This document shows, piece by piece, positions 29,866 to 39,557 of a DNA stretch of 64,000 nucleotides. This stretch comes from Candidatus Latescibacterota bacterium (GTDB taxonomy: Bacteria; Latescibacterota; UBA2968; UBA8231): contig OZ242214.1 of the NCBI GenBank assembly GCA_965206595.1, forward strand, positions 6,368,001-6,432,000, given 5' to 3'. Position numbers and translations under genes: made by a program. The first letter of the stretch is position 1. Each line of letters starts with the position of its first letter. A model generated the notes under the pieces. The model worked only from the letters and a program-made list of their open reading frames with translations, made no database searches and was not told the DNA's origin.

Positions 29866-31917
29866 CTAATCCACTTGGGATGGAACCCTGAGCGTCATCC
29901 CCGTGAGAAGCATCGTCGACTGGCTCATGTTGTTGTTGCGAGCAACGGAACGCGCGTTGGTGCCGAAGCGGCGCGCGATGCTATGGAGGGTGTCTCCGCT
30001 TATGACGGTGTAGAGGTCGAAACCGCCGTCCTCCGGCGGGCCCACGACAAGATCACGCCCCGGTCTGATCGTCGAATCTGTGAGCCCGTTCCAGGCGACA
30101 AGGTCGTCCAGGTCGATGCGGTATCGCCGCGACAGCCCCCACAAGGTTTCCCCTGACTGGACGCGGTGCACGGTCCCCCGGGTCGAACGCTGTGATCGTG
30201 CCGGGGCGCGCGTAGCCGATCCCGAAATCTCGAGCCGCAGCTTGTCACCTGGCCGGATCAGGTCGCCCCGCAGCCCGTTCCAGCGCTTCAGGTCGGCAAC
30301 GGCGACCCGGTACCGGCGCGCCACCACGCTCAGGGATTCGCCCCGCCGGACCGTATGAACGGAATGGGTCCCCTGCGAGCTGCCGGCGTTCGCATTGGTC
30401 CGCAACCGCCCGGTCATGGAGCCCACGGGAATGTACAGGCTTTGTCCGGGGTGAATGAGGTCTGGATTTCGCAATCCGTTGGCCTCGGCGATGTCGCGGA
30501 TGCCGATGCCGAACGCGGCCGCTATCGACGATATGCTGTCGCCGCGACGGACCACGTACCGGTCGACCCCGGGTTTCTGCGAATCGGGGAGCCGGGCGTA
30601 GGCGCGCAGCAAGGAGGGCCCGCTTCCGGCCAGGACCCGCAGGAAATACGGTTTCCCTGGAGGCGTCCACTGGCGCCGCAGCTCCGGGTTGAGGTCGCGA
30701 AGCGTCTGATAGTCGATTCCCATGAGGCGCGCCGCGGTCGGCAAGTGCACCTGTTCCGAGAACCGTACCTGCTCAATGTCGGCAGGGGTCTCCGTGGGCG
30801 GATGGTCCAGCCCGAACAGCCGCGGGTTCTTGGAGATGAGCGTCGCCGCCATCAGCAACGGCACGTAGTTACGCGTCTCCCTCGGCAACTGCAGCTCCCA
30901 AAAGTCGCGGCTTCCGGTCTTGTTGATCGCCCGCGAAACGCGCCCCTTTCCGGAATTGTACGCCGCCGCGGCCAACCGCCAATCTCCAAACTGTGCGAAC
31001 AGGTCCTTGAGGTGGCGGGCGGCGGCGCGCGTGGCCTTTTCAGGGTCGCGGCGCTCGTCGACCCAGTGAGTTCGGTCAAGGCCGTAGAGGCGGCCGGTCC
31101 CGAGCATGAACTGCCACAACCCGACCGCCTTGGCCCTGGAATAGGCGCGTGGGTTGAAGCCGCTCTCGATCATGGCCAGGTAAACGAAGTCGAGGGGAAG
31201 CCCTTCGCTGCGCAGAATTTCGAGTATCATGTCGCGGTACCTGCCCGAGCGGCGCATCCAGCTCGCGTAACTTTTTCGGCCCTTGGTCTGGAAGAAGTGA
31301 ATGCTGGCTGCGACCCGGGGGTTGTAGTCGATCGGGATGTCGCACAGAGGCGTGACCTTGTGGATGCGGACCATCTCGCTGGCATCGGGGGGAAGGTCCT
31401 CGATGCGCTCTTCCGACAATCCCTGCAGCAGAACCGATACCGGGCTGTCGGGGGACAGACTCTCGAGGTGGGGCACCAGCGTCAGGTAGGTGCGCTCCAC
31501 CGCCGCCGCAAGGCTGTCGACATCCTCCGCATACGGCGCCGGGCCGGAATACGGCACCGGTCCCGGGGCAGCGGGCGGAAGCTGGCCGGTCCCAGTTTCC
31601 CGGGTCTCTTGGCCGTCCTCCTCCTCCTCCTCCTCCTGCTGCAGGGCCGTGAGAGTGAAAAAAGCCTTGTCGAGCTCCTTTTGAGCCGACTGGAACCGCT
31701 TGGCGGCGATCTCCTCGAGCGCGCGCAGATGGCGCATGCGGGCCCGCAGAAGCAGCCGCTCGCGTTCGCGTTCGCGTTCGAGCGAGAGGTCGGCATACAC
31801 GGAATCGGCCGCCTGGGCAACGGGCTGCTGAGGGGTGTCGTGGACCACCCACTTGGTCGCGCACCCCGCCAGGTGTGCGACCAGGGACAGCAGGAACACT
31901 CGCGCGACCGCGCTCAT
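29866..31917 (-). CDS. mltD: MltD-like lytic transglycosylase lipoprotein with four LysM domains
   Basis: LAGC lipobox; AMIESGF, AVGLWQFM, AAYNSG, ETRNYVP; LysM repeats VRRGDS, VRRGES, VQSGET, VISGDT. Confidence 0.9.
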   Translation of the reverse strand: MSAVARVFLLSLVAHLAGCATKWVVHDTPQQPVAQAADSVYADLSLERERERERLLLRARMRHLRALEEIAAKRFQSAQKELDKAFFTLTALQQEEEEEEDGQETRETGTGQLPPAAPGPVPYSGPAPYAEDVDSLAAAVERTYLTLVPHLESLSPDSPVSVLLQGLSEERIEDLPPDASEMVRIHKVTPLCDIPIDYNPRVAASIHFFQTKGRKSYASWMRRSGRYRDMILEILRSEGLPLDFVYLAMIESGFNPRAYSRAKAVGLWQFMLGTGRLYGLDRTHWVDERRDPEKATRAAARHLKDLFAQFGDWRLAAAAYNSGKGRVSRAINKTGSRDFWELQLPRETRNYVPLLMAATLISKNPRLFGLDHPPTETPADIEQVRFSEQVHLPTAARLMGIDYQTLRDLNPELRRQWTPPGKPYFLRVLAGSGPSLLRAYARLPDSQKPGVDRYVVRRGDSISSIAAAFGIGIRDIAEANGLRNPDLIHPGQSLYIPVGSMTGRLRTNANAGSSQGTHSVHTVRRGESLSVVARRYRVAVADLKRWNGLRGDLIRPGDKLRLEISGSATRAPARSQRSTRGTVHRVQSGETLWGLSRRYRIDLDDLVAWNGLTDSTIRPGRDLVVGPPEDGGFDLYTVISGDTLHSIARRFGTNARSVARNNNMSQSTMLLTGMTLRVPSQVD

Positions 31918-32834
31918 TGGTCCTCCTTCGGAACCGTCACCTCGCGGCGCACTTTCAGGGCGCTGGGAAAGCCGCGTCTCTTGACCAACGCCACCAGCTC
32001 CTGCGCCGCGGCTTCCTCCCCGGCCCTGAACTGGCCCACCTCGACCTTGAACAAGGGCTCGTGGAAGTTGATCTCCACATCGTCCCGGCCGAGCCGCTCG
32101 ACCGCCTTGCGGCGGAACGCCTCGGCATCCGTCAGGTCGAGAGACTCGTAGATGAGGACCCTCCATCCGGGCTCGCGCCCGCGCCCGGGGTCCTCCGGCC
32201 CGGGGAGGTCCTGCTCGGGCTCCTCTCCGGGGGGAGGGCTTTTTTCGTTCGGCGGTTCCACCTGCCCAGCGGCAGGGAAGCGGACGACGAAGGCATCGGC
32301 GAAGTCGCTTTTCATTTCCGCGATTCGCGCCCGCAGCACCTGGGCCGCGTCAGGGCGGGCAAATCGACCTGCCCTGACGGCATGCAGACCGTTGTGCGGG
32401 AAGACGGTTACCTCCACTCCCAACTGCCGCTGCAACGATTCGGCAAGCTGCCGCGCCGCGGTTTCACTGCTCAGAGCGACGACCTGGACGCGATATGCCC
32501 CCGGCGTATCCGGCACGGCGCTGCCGCCCCAGGGCCGTTCCTCGGCGGAAGTCTGGTCCGGTCTGACTTCCTGCACCGGGGACTCCGCTGCAGGCGCCTC
32601 GGTTCGCTGGGAGGGCGGCGCGAACGCGGGCTCGATCAGCAGCAGATCGTCCCGCACCGACCGCGGATCGAACTCCTCCGCAAGCGGGGGGGCGCCCTCG
32701 GTCTGCCGCGGGGCGGGTTGCTGCACTTGTTGCGCCCGGCCTGCGCAGCCGCTGCCGACGGTAAGCGCCCACAGCAGCAGCCCCGCGGAAACGCGGACCC
32801 AGGAAACGCAAGGCACGCGGCGACGGCTATTCAT
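31914..32834 (-). CDS. SPOR-domain lipoprotein
   Basis: GSGC lipobox-like; YRVQVVAL..AVRAGRF; FKVEVGQF. Confidence 0.82.
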   Translation of the reverse strand: MNSRRRVPCVSWVRVSAGLLLWALTVGSGCAGRAQQVQQPAPRQTEGAPPLAEEFDPRSVRDDLLLIEPAFAPPSQRTEAPAAESPVQEVRPDQTSAEERPWGGSAVPDTPGAYRVQVVALSSETAARQLAESLQRQLGVEVTVFPHNGLHAVRAGRFARPDAAQVLRARIAEMKSDFADAFVVRFPAAGQVEPPNEKSPPPGEEPEQDLPGPEDPGRGREPGWRVLIYESLDLTDAEAFRRKAVERLGRDDVEINFHEPLFKVEVGQFRAGEEAAAQELVALVKRRGFPSALKVRREVTVPKEDQ

Positions 32835-33894
32835 GCTTTCCGTTCCAGATGCTCAAGGCGGCATCGAAAGATGGCCGCGCCACGCCGTGCTCGGTGATGA
32901 TGGCGTCGATGAGGCTGTGCGGCGTCACGTCGAAGGCCGGGTTCAAAACCTCGACTCCCCGCGGGGTATTGGCCGCTACCGGCCCCCCGCTCACCTCCTC
33001 CGGGGACCTCTCTTCGATGGGGATCTCGGCTCCTGACCGCAGCTGGAAATCGACGGTCGACATCGGGGCGGCCACGTAGAAGGGGATTCCGTGCTCGCGC
33101 GCGACCACCGCCAATCCATACGTGCCGATCTTGTTGGCGACATCACCGTTGGCGGCGACGCGGTCGGCGCCGACGATGACACTGGAAATCTTCTCGGCTC
33201 TCATGACGGCCGCGGCGGCCCCGTCGCAGATCACGGTTACGTCGATTCCGTTCTGCATAAGTTCCCATGCCGTCAGCCGCGAACCCTGCAGCAGCGGCCT
33301 CGTCTCGTCTGCGAAAACCCGCACCCGCTTGCCTTGCTGAGCCGCGCCGTACACAACACCGAGCGCGGTGCCCCAGCCAGCCGTCGCAAGGGACCCGGCG
33401 TTGCAGTGGGTGAGGACCTTGTCGCCATCGGACAACAGGCCGGACCCGTGTTCCCCGATGCGCCTGCAGACCGCGCGGTCCTCCTCACGGATGCGGTGAG
33501 CAGCTGCGAGCAGATCGCGGGCAAGCCGTTCCTCATCGAGAGATCCCTCGCCTGCACATCGCCCAATCGTGTCGCGCATCTGCTGCAACGCCCAGAACAG
33601 GTTCACGGCAGTCGGCCGCGTACCGGCGAGCCGTTTCAAGGCCTCCTCGACACGCCCAGAGAAGTCCGCTTTTCCGAGGGCATTGCGGGCCTCCAGAGCA
33701 ACTCCGTAGGCCGCGGCGACGCCGATGGCCGGGGCTCCCCGCACTCTGAGGACCTCGATGCTTTCGGCGACCATTTCTGCGTCGGTGCAGTCGACGTAGA
33801 CAACCTCCGCGGGCAGTCGCGTTTGATCTAGCAGGCGCAGGACGGGCTCTTTCCCGCCCCCGGGCTCGATCCACTCGACTGTTTCGATCCTCAC
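32827..33894 (-). CDS. mtnA: S-methyl-5-thioribose-1-phosphate isomerase
   Basis: LDQTRLP, VRGAPAIG, RPTAVNL, THCNAGSLAT, ETRPLLQG, ANKIGT. Confidence 0.96.
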   Translation of the reverse strand: MRIETVEWIEPGGGKEPVLRLLDQTRLPAEVVYVDCTDAEMVAESIEVLRVRGAPAIGVAAAYGVALEARNALGKADFSGRVEEALKRLAGTRPTAVNLFWALQQMRDTIGRCAGEGSLDEERLARDLLAAAHRIREEDRAVCRRIGEHGSGLLSDGDKVLTHCNAGSLATAGWGTALGVVYGAAQQGKRVRVFADETRPLLQGSRLTAWELMQNGIDVTVICDGAAAAVMRAEKISSVIVGADRVAANGDVANKIGTYGLAVVAREHGIPFYVAAPMSTVDFQLRSGAEIPIEERSPEEVSGGPVAANTPRGVEVLNPAFDVTPHSLIDAIITEHGVARPSFDAALSIWNGKHE

Positions 33895-34310
33895 GTCGTC
33901 TCGATAACCCCGGACGCTGCCGGAAGCCGCGGCGATTCGGACAGATCGCACTCCAACGCCACATGCTCGGCGTCTCCCCAAAGACGCTCCAATTCGTAAT
34001 ACTCCCGGGCCTGCGGAAGGAAAACGTGGACCACGATATCCACTAGGTCGATCAGCACCCAGCGGCATTGCTCCATCCCCTCGACATGCCAAGGCTTGTT
34101 GCCCGCCGCTCTCAGGGACTCGACGAGAGCGGTGACGAGGGCCTTTACATGGGGGTCCGAAGAAGCGCTGCAGATAACAAAACAGTCGGCTGCATCGCTG
34201 ACCGTCCTCAGGTCCAGAACCAGGATGTCCTCCGCCTTTTTCTCCTGAAGAATTCCGGCGATGAGCGACAGCCTTGGATCTTGTGACAGAGGATCGGGGA
34301 GGCACTCCAA
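33891..34310 (-). CDS. rsfS: Ribosome silencing factor (start uncertain)
   Basis: EKKAEDILVLDL, WVLIDLVDIVVHVF, REYYELERLW. Confidence 0.95.
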   Translation of the reverse strand: MECLPDPLSQDPRLSLIAGILQEKKAEDILVLDLRTVSDAADCFVICSASSDPHVKALVTALVESLRAAGNKPWHVEGMEQCRWVLIDLVDIVVHVFLPQAREYYELERLWGDAEHVALECDLSESPRLPAASGVIETT

Positions 34311-34341
34311 ACGCGAATTCAGCTGTTCGGCCCTCTTTGGT

Positions 34342-34785
34342 CTACTCCAGCAGTTGGAGCTTTCTGTAATCCTTGCCAACGATAATGCGGATATCCTCGA
34401 GACGGTAGTCGTCCTCACTGATTTGCTGGATGAAGTTGGGGATTCCGAGCAATGAGGCGACCTGCCGGGTCTTTTCGAGGTCTCCGTCGCGATCGATCAC
34501 GATCGATTCAAGGTAGCCGAAACTGTCGGCGTTACCCTCCTCGATTACGTCGAGGCCCAGTGACTGCGCCTTTTCCCTCATGCGGGCGGCGACGCCCAAG
34601 TCCCCGCAGCCGTTCAGGACCGAAACGCGAGCGAACAGTACCGGAACCGGCGCGGCCTGGGGCGGTTCAGAAACCGGCACGACCGGCTCTACCGGTTCCT
34701 CGACTTGGAATCGCGGCCAGATGGAGGCCGCCAGAAGAAAGGCTCCCGCCAGGCTGCCAAGGAGCCACAATGCTTTGTCCCGCAC
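34342..34785 (-). CDS. LytR C-terminal domain membrane protein
   Basis: VSVLNGCGDLGVA, GNAD, DIRIIVGKDY. Confidence 0.88.
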   Translation of the reverse strand: MRDKALWLLGSLAGAFLLAASIWPRFQVEEPVEPVVPVSEPPQAAPVPVLFARVSVLNGCGDLGVAARMREKAQSLGLDVIEEGNADSFGYLESIVIDRDGDLEKTRQVASLLGIPNFIQQISEDDYRLEDIRIIVGKDYRKLQLLE

Positions 34786-35056
34786 AGAATCAGGGGATTA
34801 TTAACGATGCTTTGGGGATGACTACAAATCAAGCTGAACTCGTCCATAAAGTCAAACAAAAAAAGACATTTACGGACGATCCGGAGGAGCTGCCCAGCCC
34901 CTTGGGAACGGGTGCCTATGGAGGTTCAGGTCCGAGAAGCCCCATGCCGATGCGGACGGCGAGATAGAGCGACGCGACCGCGCTCAGCGCTCGCGCGCAA
35001 CGGTCGGCTATCAGGGAAACCATGCAGATTGTAAGTTCATCAGAGTGCACATATGT

Positions 35057-35085
35057 ATCTTAATGAACATAGTTTCAGGTGTCAA
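35057..35085 (-). promoter_or_regulatory. Sigma70-type promoter
   Basis: TTGACA-17-TAAGAT on the minus strand, upstream of the LytR_C-rsfS-mtnA...rodA operon. Confidence 0.7.
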
Positions 35086-35332
35086 GTGATCTCCCGAAAA
35101 TTGGGGCCGGCCGCCTTGTCTGTGAGGAATATCTGGAAATGCAGGAGGCAACCGTTACGCCATTGCCCCCGGGGCGCACGTCCGAGTACGACAAGGCGAG
35201 GACCACCGGCATCCCCTTTTCAAATACGGGGACCCGTCCGGGTCTCGGGAGGTGAAATTCATGTGTCCCGCCCTCGGAGTTCGAGTTCCAGATTGGTCCG
35301 GGGAGATGCCCGGACAGGCAGGATTCCGGAAC

Positions 35333-38062
35333 CTAGAACAGCCCGGAGTACTTGATCGTCATGATGTAGTCCTGGGTCCCTTTACGTTTGACCAGTGGCC
35401 TGGAATCGTAGATATCCCACCCGAACCCGAAGAGGAGCCGGTCCTTGTAGGCGGACAGGGCGATCCCGAGGCTGACGGCAATGGCGTTGTCCGTCGACAG
35501 CGCCTCCAGCACGTTCCCGATGGCGGTCAGGTGGATGCCGGACACCGACGGGTTGTCGGGATTGTGCCATCCCGCAAAAGCGATTCCAGGCAGCCCGATA
35601 AGCCTTTCGGTCTCTCCTTCCACCTTTTTTCCGTCGCGCCCGGTGTAGTCGCGGCCCGGGCGGATCGTCAGGAAGGAGACCAGGGGCTTTGCTTCGAACT
35701 CCCACTTCCAGCCCCCCACTTCGAACACCTGCGATATCGCCTGCGGAGCGGCGCCGGGGTGGCTGCGCGTCGTGATCTTGAGGCGGACCTGCTTCATTCC
35801 GGCTTCCTCAAGGCGGAGGTTGAGGGCCTCGGCCGGCACCAGACTCTGGTCGTCGTCGTAGATGTTGACCTCGAGCCGTTTCGAAGGGCCTACAGGACCG
35901 TACCCCTCGTCCAGCTCGACCCACTCCACCTCCATCCGCCTCCCGACGAGGGCGGCTTTCAAGGAGTCCGGTACGGAGAAAGCAAGATCGATGCGGGTCC
36001 CGTCGACGACGACGACCGGGGTACCGGTCCAGGGCACCGGCAGGGGTCGCGACCGCGATTTCCTCGAGGCCGTCACCGCGGACACCTGCGTCAGGTAGAT
36101 CGTCCCCAGGGCTCCGTGGCCCTTCAGTTTGACAGGCTGGGCTTTGTCGCGCACGTCGTTGCTCACCAGCAGGATCTCAGCGAAATGGTCGCCGAGGGAC
36201 CGGGGGGAGAACGAAACCTGCAGTCTGGTCGACTCTTCGGGCTGCAGCGAGAAGGACGCCGGTTCCAGGGAGGCCTCGCGACTCAAGGTGCTGGCGGCGA
36301 CCCGCAGGGCGGTGTCGCCGATGTTGGTGGCGACCAGGGTTCGCGTCCCGGTCTCCCCTAGGACGACGTAGCCGAAATCCAGGGGCCCGGAGGGGTGCAA
36401 CTCGATCTCGGCGGCGATGCCGGTACCGTTGAGGAGGATGTCGAAGGTCTCGCTCCCCTCCTCCCAGAAGCCTTCGAGGCGCAAGGTGCCGCTGCGCGGC
36501 CCGCGAAGCGTCGGCGTGAAGGTGACCTTGAGGGGCAACGACCGCAGGCTGTTGGCGGGCAGTCCGTACTCGTCGTCGGCCGACACCTGCGTGTACACGG
36601 TGAAATCGGAGCTCGTAGACAGCACCCGCGTAACGGTGAAATCGGCGTTGCCGACGTTGGTCAGGTCGATGACGGCATGGCTGGCCTCTCCGACCGGCAC
36701 GCGCCCGAACTCAGCCGCGGTCGGGCTCAGCTCCAGGTAGCGCCCCGTCCCGGTCAGAGGCAGCACCGTGCGCCCTTTTTCGGTCGCGACCTCGAGCAGG
36801 GCATCGCGAAGTCCCCTCGCCTGCGGGCTGAAGCTGAGACCTGCGCTCACACTTTCACCCGGCTGCAGCAGGTACGAGCTGCTCTCGACCCCGAACTCCT
36901 CCCCTTCCCCTTTCACCTCGACGGAGACCCTGAAAGCGCTGCCGCCGCGGTTCCAGATCAACAGCGGCTGTCTCAAGGTCTTGCCGATGGCGGCGCTGCC
37001 CATATCGATCGCCCCGTCCCCCACCACGACGATTTCCGGGGGGCCGACGAAGGCGGTTCCCTTCAGGGGTAGCGAAATCCGGGGGCGTTCAGGGTCGCTG
37101 GTAGCCAGGGACAGGGTTCCCGTGGACACCCCCGGAAAGGCGGGATTGAAGGCGACCTCGAAATCGCCGCGTCCTCCCGGTTTCAGAATCAGCGTGTCAT
37201 TGGCGGCAGAAAGAGAGAAGCTCTCTCCCGACAGCGCGAGACCCGAGATCTCGAGGGGGGCGCGGCCATGGTTGAGAAGGGTGACCGCGGCGCTGCTCCG
37301 GCGGCCGGCCTCGAGACGGCCGAAATCGAGGCCGACTTCCGGCAGGGGGGAGACTGCGGCGGCCGCGGCCAACCCCTCTCCGCCTACCTCCACCTCCACC
37401 CTGTCAGGGATCATTTCCGGGGCCTCGACGATCAGGCGGTCGACCACGAGGCCGTCCGTTGGCGGGGTGAATTCGAGCGTCACCACGACGGATGCACCAG
37501 GCTCCAGGGAGAGCTGGTCGGGGGGGAGGGCGGCGAACGGTCCCGTGCCGCTGGCGAGGTAGATACTGTCGATCTGCAGCGGCACCGGACCGCTGTTGCT
37601 CAGCAGGAGAGTGCGCCTCGCGGACGCACCCACGGCGACGGAGTCGAACTCGATTTCCAGGGGATCGAGAACCAGCCCGGGGCGCGCCGCGGTCGCCGTG
37701 ACAGGTACGGCGAGACCGTCAGAGCCGAACAGCTGTTCCACCTCGACGGCGATCTCGGACCGGTAGACACCCGGCTTCGTGGCCGCGAAAGCGATCGCGA
37801 TCTCCCGCTCACTCCCCTTCTCGATGGTGAGGGACTCCACCGGCATGGAGAAGGGCTCCCCTGCGGAAAGGCGTACCTCGATGGCCTCGTGGGCTTTGTT
37901 GACCAGGGTGATCTTGGATTCGACGCGAAGTCCGACCTGGACGGTTCCGAAGTCGACGCTCCTGGGTCGCACGGAAACCTGTTCGGCACCGACGCTCGCG
38001 GCGAGCGCGAGCAAGGTCGCGACGAATCGGGTACTGCGATGGAGTGAGGGGGCCGGACCCAT
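35333..38062 (-). CDS. Surface protein with six choice-of-anchor-D / ASH-HYDIN Ig-like repeats and a beta-rich C-terminal domain
   Basis: Signal peptide; six (D/E)FGxVxxG...LxNxG...LxPG repeats; ends YIMTIKYSGLF. Confidence 0.88.
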   Translation of the reverse strand: MGPAPSLHRSTRFVATLLALAASVGAEQVSVRPRSVDFGTVQVGLRVESKITLVNKAHEAIEVRLSAGEPFSMPVESLTIEKGSEREIAIAFAATKPGVYRSEIAVEVEQLFGSDGLAVPVTATAARPGLVLDPLEIEFDSVAVGASARRTLLLSNSGPVPLQIDSIYLASGTGPFAALPPDQLSLEPGASVVVTLEFTPPTDGLVVDRLIVEAPEMIPDRVEVEVGGEGLAAAAAVSPLPEVGLDFGRLEAGRRSSAAVTLLNHGRAPLEISGLALSGESFSLSAANDTLILKPGGRGDFEVAFNPAFPGVSTGTLSLATSDPERPRISLPLKGTAFVGPPEIVVVGDGAIDMGSAAIGKTLRQPLLIWNRGGSAFRVSVEVKGEGEEFGVESSSYLLQPGESVSAGLSFSPQARGLRDALLEVATEKGRTVLPLTGTGRYLELSPTAAEFGRVPVGEASHAVIDLTNVGNADFTVTRVLSTSSDFTVYTQVSADDEYGLPANSLRSLPLKVTFTPTLRGPRSGTLRLEGFWEEGSETFDILLNGTGIAAEIELHPSGPLDFGYVVLGETGTRTLVATNIGDTALRVAASTLSREASLEPASFSLQPEESTRLQVSFSPRSLGDHFAEILLVSNDVRDKAQPVKLKGHGALGTIYLTQVSAVTASRKSRSRPLPVPWTGTPVVVVDGTRIDLAFSVPDSLKAALVGRRMEVEWVELDEGYGPVGPSKRLEVNIYDDDQSLVPAEALNLRLEEAGMKQVRLKITTRSHPGAAPQAISQVFEVGGWKWEFEAKPLVSFLTIRPGRDYTGRDGKKVEGETERLIGLPGIAFAGWHNPDNPSVSGIHLTAIGNVLEALSTDNAIAVSLGIALSAYKDRLLFGFGWDIYDSRPLVKRKGTQDYIMTIKYSGLF

Positions 38063-38079
38063 ATCCGCTGGCGGTCACG

Positions 38080-38197
38080 AAAAAAAGAGCGACCAACTCA
38101 CCAGAATGCCGGAAAAAACTTTGTCGAAGTTCCACGTTCAGAGGAAGTGGAAAACTTCCGCAGGGGCAATCTTTCGTGAATTCAGGTCGCTCTCGTG
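38080..38197 (-). ncRNA. ssrS: Candidate short 6S RNA (6S-Flavo-like)
   Basis: About 118-nt rod: GAGCGACC/GGTCGCTC, AATTCAC/GTGAGTT, TGCC/GGCA, asymmetric central bubble, GAAGTT(TT)CCAC/GTGGAACTTC; ends in T7; own promoter. Confidence 0.6.
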
Positions 38198-38203
38198 TGG
38201 GCA

Positions 38204-38231
38204 AAGATAAAATCGCCAACGCAAGTGTCAA
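38204..38231 (-). promoter_or_regulatory. Sigma70-type promoter of the candidate ncRNA
   Basis: TTGACA-16-TATCTT; predicted +1 at about 38197, the first base of the stem. Confidence 0.65.
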
Positions 38232-38352
38232 GAAACCGGCACCATTCCGAGCCGCTCTCAATTGGCGGCAAGCAGTGGATGAAAGAAGCCCCCGGGACCA
38301 CTGCAGGGCGGGTGGTGCGAAAACGACGGCACTCCGCGGGGCGCGCCTGCCC

Positions 38353-39522
38353 CTACGCGATCAGCTTGCGCAGACCCCTCACAAGGCGATCCATCCCTTC
38401 GGCAACGGTGTCCGGCTCGAGGGCCCCGTAGGCGACACGGAGGTAGCAGCCATCCGTCATCCCGAATCCTGATCCGGGAATGGCGGCGACCTTGAACTCC
38501 CTCACCAGGCGTTCGACAACCGCCATCGAATCGAGGTCGCAATGCAGGCGAACGAGCAGGTAGAAGGCGCCATTCGACTTCGGCACCGTGCACAGGTCGT
38601 CCACTTCGGTGAGCCGCTCCAGACAGAGCCGCCGCACCTGGGAGAGCTTCTCGACGTGGCGGCGGCAGTACTCGAGTCCAGCATCGAGGGCTCCAGAAGC
38701 CGCGGCCTGGGAAACGACGGGGGGACAGATCAGGATCGTGTCCTGGCTCTTCTCGAGCGCCCGCAGCAGGTGGCGAGGGATCGCCATGTAGCCGACACGC
38801 CAGCTGGCCAGGCTGTACGACTTCGAGAAGGAAAACAGTGAGATCGTGTGCACCTCGGTGTCGGGCAGAGAGCCCACCGAGAAGTGATCTGCCCCATCGT
38901 AGGTGAAGTACTCGTAGGCTTCGTCGCTGAAGTGGTAGAGTCCGTGCCTTCGGCACAGATCATTGATCCTCTGCAGGACCGCCCGCGGGTAGACAACTCC
39001 CGCGGGGTTGTTGGGAGAAATGGTTACGACGGCGCGAGTGCGCGGGGACAGACGGGCTTCGACGGTGTCGGGGTCGAGCTGATAATCCGATCCTGTCGGC
39101 GCCAGCACCGGCCGGCAGTTCGCCATGGTTATGGCCATCTCGTGGTTGAAGTAGAACGGCGACGCGATCACAACCTCGTCACCGGGGTCGCAGATCGACA
39201 GCAAGGCGTGATAGAAGGCCATGTTGCTGCCGGCGGTGACTACGAGGGCCTGCCCGTCGCCGTCGCCGACGCCGATCCCGTTTTCGCGGTGGAGCTTGGC
39301 GATCAGCTTCTCGCGCAGCGGCGGAATCCCCGACGCCGCCTGGTAGTGATGGTGTTCGATTTCTCCGCCGAAACGGGAGACCGCCTCCAACGCCTGCGGC
39401 GGCGGCCGGTAGTGGACGACTCCCTGTCCGAGCGAGATGGTGCCGGGGTTGGCGCGGATCAGCACCGCGACGTCGGGAATGACCGGACTGAGCACCCCGG
39501 CCATGCGCCGCGATTGCTCCAT
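38353..39522 (-). CDS. PLP-dependent class I/II aminotransferase
   Basis: SLGQG, SPNNPAG, SDEAY, SFSKSYSLASWRVGY. Alternative GTG start at 39561. Confidence 0.94.
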   Translation of the reverse strand: MEQSRRMAGVLSPVIPDVAVLIRANPGTISLGQGVVHYRPPPQALEAVSRFGGEIEHHHYQAASGIPPLREKLIAKLHRENGIGVGDGDGQALVVTAGSNMAFYHALLSICDPGDEVVIASPFYFNHEMAITMANCRPVLAPTGSDYQLDPDTVEARLSPRTRAVVTISPNNPAGVVYPRAVLQRINDLCRRHGLYHFSDEAYEYFTYDGADHFSVGSLPDTEVHTISLFSFSKSYSLASWRVGYMAIPRHLLRALEKSQDTILICPPVVSQAAASGALDAGLEYCRRHVEKLSQVRRLCLERLTEVDDLCTVPKSNGAFYLLVRLHCDLDSMAVVERLVREFKVAAIPGSGFGMTDGCYLRVAYGALEPDTVAEGMDRLVRGLRKLIA

Positions 39523-39557
39523 GGCGCACCCCGACCACCCGATGTCGCCTGCGTCTC

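Noticed and set aside
31616-31780. (CCT)n and (CGTTCG)n simple repeats in mltD
   Set aside because: In-frame low-complexity coding (poly-Glu, ERERER); not a contingency locus.
35065-35076. GAAC-N4-TTTC LexA (Cheo)-like box within a promoter
   Set aside because: One mismatch in a short motif, and the LexA specificity of this lineage is unknown.
38313-38328. TGGTGCGAAAACGACG as a degenerate copy of the tRNA-Leu 3' end (att site)
   Set aside because: Only 7 contiguous matches, no integrase, and the intervening genes have host-like composition.
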